IMG/VR virus record: IMGVR_UViG_3300044737_000122
Coordinates: 1 to 50,517 of that record
Length of the DNA: 50,517 nucleotides
Source: a virus
Taxonomy: Duplodnaviria > Caudoviricetes
Reading direction: 5' to 3' (one strand)
Shown: positions 45,670 through 50,517 of the stretch, piece after piece
How the letters are laid out: each line of letters begins with the position of its first letter
Position numbering within the stretch: the stretch's first letter is position 1
Made by a program: the position numbers and the translations under genes
The notes under the pieces: generated by a model
The model's input: the letters and a program-made list of their open reading frames with translations, nothing else
Databases searched by the model: none
Told to the model about the DNA's origin: nothing

Positions 45670-47715
45670 TCACCGATTTTTTTCAGTTAAGGGTAGATCG
45701 TCGTTCTCAACCGTGCGGGAAGCAGGCTTGTAGGGATGGACAAACGCGAGCCGCTCGCGCATCACAGCGTAGTCATCTCGTTCCATTTGCGGCTCGTGGT
45801 CGAATTCAAGTTTTTTCACCGGCAGGTCGAACTCTTTTTTTCGGGTCGTTATATGCACAGACCCTACATCGTGGCAGCGCGACTTGATGCCAGCTTGCTC
45901 GAGTGCCGCGACCACGCCGGGGATAAAACCGCCCGATTGCTTGAGATGGTGGTGCGCTATGGTCATGCCGATCTTGGATGAGCGGGCCTTCTCCAAGATG
46001 TCGGCAAATATCTCGTCGCGTGCGATGTAGTCCTGGGCCTCGTCTATCACTACAAACACAGGCGGGCCGGGATGGTCCGTGCGTTCGCTGGCGAGTTGGT
46101 CTATGAGCGCAATGACGAGACGGCCTAGGAGCGCGCCGGCTTCTTTGCCAAACGCGCGTCGGCTCGTGTCCACGAGAAGCACCTTTCCGCCGCGCTGTAT
46201 CTCGCGCATGTCCAGCGCGAAGCTGTCGGCATTGAGCATTTTCAGGAACGGCCCGTCGCGGAACTCCGCCAAAAAATCCATCAATCTCTGCTCGATGCCG
46301 CCGCTGGTAAGCGCCGCCACGCCCCTGCGGGTGTGCAAAAACCACTTGCGGGTTACGTCGTCCAGGCGGTCAGGATTGAGACCCGCCGGAAGCTTGTCTT
46401 TGGGCGTTAGCATCAACTCCGAGAGACTGTAGAGCGTAGGGTTAGTCATGCTGTAGGCGGCGTTCACGTAATGGCGCAGAACGCCCATTTGCAATTTGCT
46501 CGCCTCAGTCAGTCCGGCAAGCATGTACACAAGCAGCGGCACGCCTTGCGCTTTGGGCAGCTTGAACGGGTTGAGCGGAAAAATTGCATCGGCATCAATG
46601 AGGATGAGGTGGCCGTCTAGAGGTTGACCTGCGGCAAAATCCTTGAGCGTGCGCATCTCGCGGACCAGACGTTTGCTGTCTACCACGAAAAGCGAGCATT
46701 CCTCCCGAGCTACGCGGGCGAGGTCATCCTTGATGAAGTGCCTCAAAAATGTAGTTTTGCCCGAGCCGTTATCGCCCATGCACCAATGATGGGTAAAGCG
46801 CATCTCGTCGGTAAAAGGCTGGAAGGGGATGGCGATGTTAAACAGCTCTCGGAACGCTGGGATCAGATAGAGCTCCAAAACGTCCTCGCCTTTATACTGC
46901 ACGGGCCAAACTCCCGTCACGGCGTATCCGGCGCCGTATTTTTCGCGGACCGTCTTGCATAAGCCGCGTGCTTTCAGTTCTGGCGTGCAGAACGGCGCGA
47001 GCACATCAACGATAGTTTGGCCAACAGGGATAAGCTGCGAGGCCGGTACCTTCCATGGCGTCGGCTGCTCACTAGGCCGCGGTAGATGGCGGAGAAACGC
47101 GAGGATGCTCTGCGTAAGCGCCTTGGTAATGAGGTCGTAGTCGAAGAGCTGTGAAGCCAACGCAAGGGGCCGTAGGTACTCAATATCCATATCAATATTG
47201 AAACCGAGCGGGATGGGCTTGTCGGGCTCGTAGGGTTGGAGCGGTTCAGCCGGCCTGAAGTCCGGTTCCGTATCTAAGTAAAAGAACAGCGCACGAAAAC
47301 GATGGAGGGTCTCCGGGTCAAAGACGAAGCCTTCCCGTAGAATCGCGAGCTCAATATCAGGTCGCCAGTCGGCAAAGACTTCCTCCGGCATTGGCAAAGG
47401 GCGGGCCGCTATATCGTACAGACGCTTGTATTCGTCATATGTCTCTCGCGTCTGTCGGTAGATGTCGGCGATGTATGCAGCGCGCTCGTCTGCCGTTTCT
47501 TTGGCCTTCGTGTGATGAATGTAGAATGCGTATGCTATTAAACCGGCGCCTACCAATATGCCTGATACAAGCACGATCCGCATGAGGGAGCCGAAAAACA
47601 CCTCAATAGAAGCGATGTTTTTGTCGACTGCCATTGAGGCGATAGGGATCAGGATGCAGATCACCACCGCCCAGCCGAGCAGCTTCTCGCTCGCTGGTAA
47701 ATTCCCGTCGGCCAC
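45670..47715 (-). CDS. VirD4/TraD-like coupling ATPase with two N-terminal TM helices
   Basis: RFTHHWCMGDNGSGKT, VVIDEAQDY, EKARSSKIGMTIAHH. Confidence 0.78.
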   Translation of the reverse strand: MADGNLPASEKLLGWAVVICILIPIASMAVDKNIASIEVFFGSLMRIVLVSGILVGAGLIAYAFYIHHTKAKETADERAAYIADIYRQTRETYDEYKRLYDIAARPLPMPEEVFADWRPDIELAILREGFVFDPETLHRFRALFFYLDTEPDFRPAEPLQPYEPDKPIPLGFNIDMDIEYLRPLALASQLFDYDLITKALTQSILAFLRHLPRPSEQPTPWKVPASQLIPVGQTIVDVLAPFCTPELKARGLCKTVREKYGAGYAVTGVWPVQYKGEDVLELYLIPAFRELFNIAIPFQPFTDEMRFTHHWCMGDNGSGKTTFLRHFIKDDLARVAREECSLFVVDSKRLVREMRTLKDFAAGQPLDGHLILIDADAIFPLNPFKLPKAQGVPLLVYMLAGLTEASKLQMGVLRHYVNAAYSMTNPTLYSLSELMLTPKDKLPAGLNPDRLDDVTRKWFLHTRRGVAALTSGGIEQRLMDFLAEFRDGPFLKMLNADSFALDMREIQRGGKVLLVDTSRRAFGKEAGALLGRLVIALIDQLASERTDHPGPPVFVVIDEAQDYIARDEIFADILEKARSSKIGMTIAHHHLKQSGGFIPGVVAALEQAGIKSRCHDVGSVHITTRKKEFDLPVKKLEFDHEPQMERDDYAVMRERLAFVHPYKPASRTVENDDLPLTEKNR

Positions 47716-47738
47716 GCTCCCCTCCCGTTTCGCGCACT

Positions 47739-48509
47739 CTAGCTGGCCATCCTGTCCTGGACAAATTCCGTGTGGCCGATCACGCCGGGAACCAGGCCGG
47801 CGTACTGCGCTAGGACCAGCGCATCCTCATGGGAGCATCCCGCGCCCTCCTTGTGCTCAATCTGCAAGACGGCCTGCCTAAGCCGGGGCGGGAGCTCGGC
47901 CAAAAAGTTAACGGCGACGGCGAGGCGGCTCTGGCGGATGAAGAGCGTGTGTAAAGGACACAGATAAAAGCCACCGTCAGAGACAACGATTTGTCCTTTA
48001 TGCTGCTGCATCAAAAACAGAGCCAGCGCGAGCGCCTGCTTGTCTCCCAACTGGGCACGGTCAATCCGCGCTACCACCGTGCCGTCGAAATCGAATTGCC
48101 TACCACTACAGAAGATGTCCTTGAGCGTCGGAAAAAAGAGCAGGGCGTCCACTGCCGCCAACGCTTCGGCTTGAGCGGGGTCTTTGGGGTTGCCTGTGAG
48201 CTTGTCCAAGCGTGTAGTGGTAACGAGCATGCGGGCGAGGGCGCGTTTGCCGTTACGCACGGTAAGGGTGCTCTCTCCGCCCGGATCGGCAGCGTAGATG
48301 ATGTCAGCGACGGCCACGGCGCGCTCGGGCGTGATCCCGATAAGGGGATTGAAGTGGTGCTTGTGCGGGTCGAACACGCGAACCCGCTTCGTAAGAAAAA
48401 TGTCCGGCGTGTCGCCGATGTAGAGAAAAGGTGGAGCCGCGTGGTCGCGGAGCCAGTCGGTAGTGTCGGCGATGCCGAGGTGTAATGAGTTCATGCGGTC
48501 AGCGGCCAT
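47739..48509 (-). CDS. degenerate coupling-protein-like hypothetical protein
   Basis: FDPHKHHFNPL, TLTVRNGKRAL; no Walker A. Confidence 0.6.
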   Translation of the reverse strand: MAADRMNSLHLGIADTTDWLRDHAAPPFLYIGDTPDIFLTKRVRVFDPHKHHFNPLIGITPERAVAVADIIYAADPGGESTLTVRNGKRALARMLVTTTRLDKLTGNPKDPAQAEALAAVDALLFFPTLKDIFCSGRQFDFDGTVVARIDRAQLGDKQALALALFLMQQHKGQIVVSDGGFYLCPLHTLFIRQSRLAVAVNFLAELPPRLRQAVLQIEHKEGAGCSHEDALVLAQYAGLVPGVIGHTEFVQDRMAS

Positions 48510-48720
48510 GTGCCACGTCGGGCCTCGCGCTTCCAAGGGTTGGCGTGGGGACCGTGACCGCAAATAAGATCGGTCCGCTGTAATTATATCGTGGAATAGT
48601 CGCGCTCGAGCGCAACAGGCCGCCGTACTGGGCAGTAGTGGCGGCGTTGCTGTTCGTTGACGGCTGCGAAACAGCCAATATGTCGGACGGTGTACCGCTG
48701 GTCTGATTGTAGCATGCCGA

Positions 48721-48755
48721 CGCACAAGCCGCCGCGTGATGCGGCGGCTTGTGCG
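48721..48755. repeat. perfect 15-bp inverted repeat
   Basis: CGCACAAGCCGCCGC-GTGAT-GCGGCGGCTTGTGCG. Confidence 0.85.
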
Positions 48756-49055
48756 AAAAAGAAAGGCCACGAGCTCTCGATACTCACGACCACGGCAATT
48801 GTAACACAATGGCTGTAGTGGGTAATTGTGCCCGCCAACTGTCCGTCGTGAGCGTAAGCGACGACCCAATACGCTGAGGCCAAGCAAAATTTTTTGCGCC
48901 GTGCCCTTAAGCCCGCGTGTCTATTAGACCAAGGGTCAGGGTATTGGGTCGTGGCTGAGCCACGCGGACAGTTGTGCGGGAAATGTAAGCCCTGTCGCGT
49001 TTTATCGCGCAGGTATTAATCGCAACGTAGATGAGAGAGCGGATGCGACACTATA

Positions 49056-49084
49056 AACCCCGGTCTCCGTGAGGAGCCGGGGTT
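49056..49084. terminator. hairpin downstream of the xis-like gene
   Basis: AACCCCGG..CTCC/GGAG.CCGGGGTT. Confidence 0.5.
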
Positions 49085-49118
49085 CTAGTAACGGCCCACC
49101 TGGTTAGGGGGTGAGGCG

Positions 49119-49295
49119 TTAGCGGGTGGAGATAAGTCTCTCGACTTGCTCTCGCTTGTAGTAGACGCGGGACGCTCGGCCGTTTGGTTTGATAGGCGTG
49201 AGCAGTTCCGCTTTCTCCCATCGCTGGAAGGTAGTGTTGGTAACTTCGACTCCTAGCTTCCGAACATCATTTCGGGTCATCAGTTCTTTCGACAT
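49119..49295 (-). CDS. excisionase-like wHTH protein
   Basis: TTFQRWEKAELLTPIK...RVYYKREQV; next to the integrase. Confidence 0.7.
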   Translation of the reverse strand: MSKELMTRNDVRKLGVEVTNTTFQRWEKAELLTPIKPNGRASRVYYKREQVERLISTR

Positions 49296-49395
49296 CGGCA
49301 TGGCTCCATGAGTTGGAGGCAGGCCGTGTCGCAAGTTCTAGCGACGAGTGGAGGTTAGCGATGTGGTGGCGTCAGTCAATGCCACAAAGCGCACT

Positions 49396-50517
49396 CTAGG
49401 CGGCTTCCCTGAGAGCCGGCGCAACGAGCGACTGTAGGAACATCTCCCAATTCTCCATCGCCTCGCGCATTTCGGGCTGATAGGTCCACATATCGTATAC
49501 CTCCTCCATTTCGGTTCGGGAGGAAATGTGGTTGACCAAGCGCTCGGCAATGTCCGGACGGACCTTTAGGCGCCCGAGGTTGGTGCGGAACGTGCGGCGC
49601 AAGTCGTGCAGGGTCCAGGGCGCAATGCGGGCGATCTTGTCGAGCGCCTTTTTGCACTTGCTCCACCCGCTAAACGGTAACTCCGAGCCTACGGCTTGGA
49701 ACAGTAGCTCGCTGGGACGGTCCTGCCGTATCCGCCGGGCGAGTATTTCCCGCGCCATCGGTCCCACGGGGAACGTGTGTTCCAAGTGATTCTTGGTGAG
49801 TTCCCCCGGTAGGGTGACGCACTGTTGATTGTCCGAATAGTAGCGGTCGGCGAGGGCGGCGGTCTCGCCGCGCCGCTGCCCCATCAAGATCAGCAACCGG
49901 ACGATCTCGGGGAAGTCGCCCTCCATCTCAAACGTCGCCAGCCAGACCTTGCGCAGTTCCTCGTCGGTCAGGACGCGCTTGCGGCGCTTTGGTTTGGCAA
50001 GCTGGATACCCTCGAGCGGGTTGACCGCGATGTACTGCCGGCGTTTTGCCCACCGGAAAAAGGTCCGGGACACGGCCTGCGCGTGGTGAAGTTCGCTCGG
50101 CGTGCCGACCAACTCGTCAGTGATAGCGGTGAGCATATGGGTGGTGATGCCGCTCATCCGCTTGTTTGCAAGCACGGGCAGGTAATGCCGCTCCAAAATG
50201 TTTTTGTAGCCCCGCTGGGTGCTAGGCTTCTTGGTGGCGATATGGGTCTTCTTAAACGCCGTATACGCCTCCTCAAACGACACCCGGCCGCTGGACGGCT
50301 GTGGGGTCGCAAGCAGGCGTTTCGCCTCTGTACGTGCATCCTGGAGCGTCACAGCGGGATAGTGGCCGATGCTTATGAGCTGGCGATCGGCGCCCCGCAT
50401 GACGATCCAAGTGCGACGGTTCTTGCCAACTCGGATGCCGAACGCAGGCGTCGTCCGGTCAAAGTATTTGCCGGGCGCCAGTGAACGGACGGTGAGATCG
50501 GTGAGCTTCGTCTGCAA
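49396..50517 (-). CDS. int: tyrosine integrase with arm-binding domain
   Basis: KLTD..VR, IGHYPAVTLQDAR, GQRRGE, TKN..EH, HDLRRT, NH, Y; TTG start at the window edge. Confidence 0.95.
   Translation of the reverse strand: MQTKLTDLTVRSLAPGKYFDRTTPAFGIRVGKNRRTWIVMRGADRQLISIGHYPAVTLQDARTEAKRLLATPQPSSGRVSFEEAYTAFKKTHIATKKPSTQRGYKNILERHYLPVLANKRMSGITTHMLTAITDELVGTPSELHHAQAVSRTFFRWAKRRQYIAVNPLEGIQLAKPKRRKRVLTDEELRKVWLATFEMEGDFPEIVRLLILMGQRRGETAALADRYYSDNQQCVTLPGELTKNHLEHTFPVGPMAREILARRIRQDRPSELLFQAVGSELPFSGWSKCKKALDKIARIAPWTLHDLRRTFRTNLGRLKVRPDIAERLVNHISSRTEMEEVYDMWTYQPEMREAMENWEMFLQSLVAPALREAA

Larger units (their letters stand above)
4620..50517. mobile_element. ~46 kb tRNA-integrated prophage with a relaxase/coupling-protein module; the other att site is probably just beyond the right edge
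   Basis: tRNA at the left, integrase and excisionase at the right, full head-tail-lysis set between. Confidence 0.88.

Noticed and set aside
45670-48509. Self-transmissible ICE
   Set aside because: No VirB4, VirB6 or pilus genes in the window; at most mobilisable.

Overview
High-GC alphaproteobacterial (Bradyrhizobium-like) DNA. Bases 1-4.6 kb hold small host genes and a decayed island with a six-repeat Pro/Gly peptide and a papain-like peptidase fused to a 7-bladed lectin propeller. A tRNA-Thr(TGT) follows (4620-4694, minus strand), then one ~46 kb integrated element running to a tyrosine integrase at the right edge. The element is a chimera. It has a complete siphovirus-like head/tail/lysis module with a Sak4-YopX-SSB-HerA early operon, and a mobilisation-type module (Replic_Relax relaxase, VirD4-like ATPase, ArdC, CHC2 Zn-finger, Xis/Int). 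It also carries defence-like cargo (Shedu, ApeA/HEPN, RES, DUF4238). Most notable: (1) no replication initiator gene is recognisable, but there is an oriC-like origin with overlapping DnaA boxes, a GC spacer, DnaA-trios, an AT-rich tract and a TATCCCCA cluster at 7.54-7.79 kb; (2) the phage core has a Patescibacteria/CPR-like signature (SSB type, no Shine-Dalgarno sites, -10 boxes directly before start codons, no spanins); (3) a dnaX-type slippery site sits exactly at the portal/MuF fusion junction; (4) a shared DnaA-box + palindromic operator + promoter module precedes two operons. Family assignments come from motif recognition by eye, not database searches.
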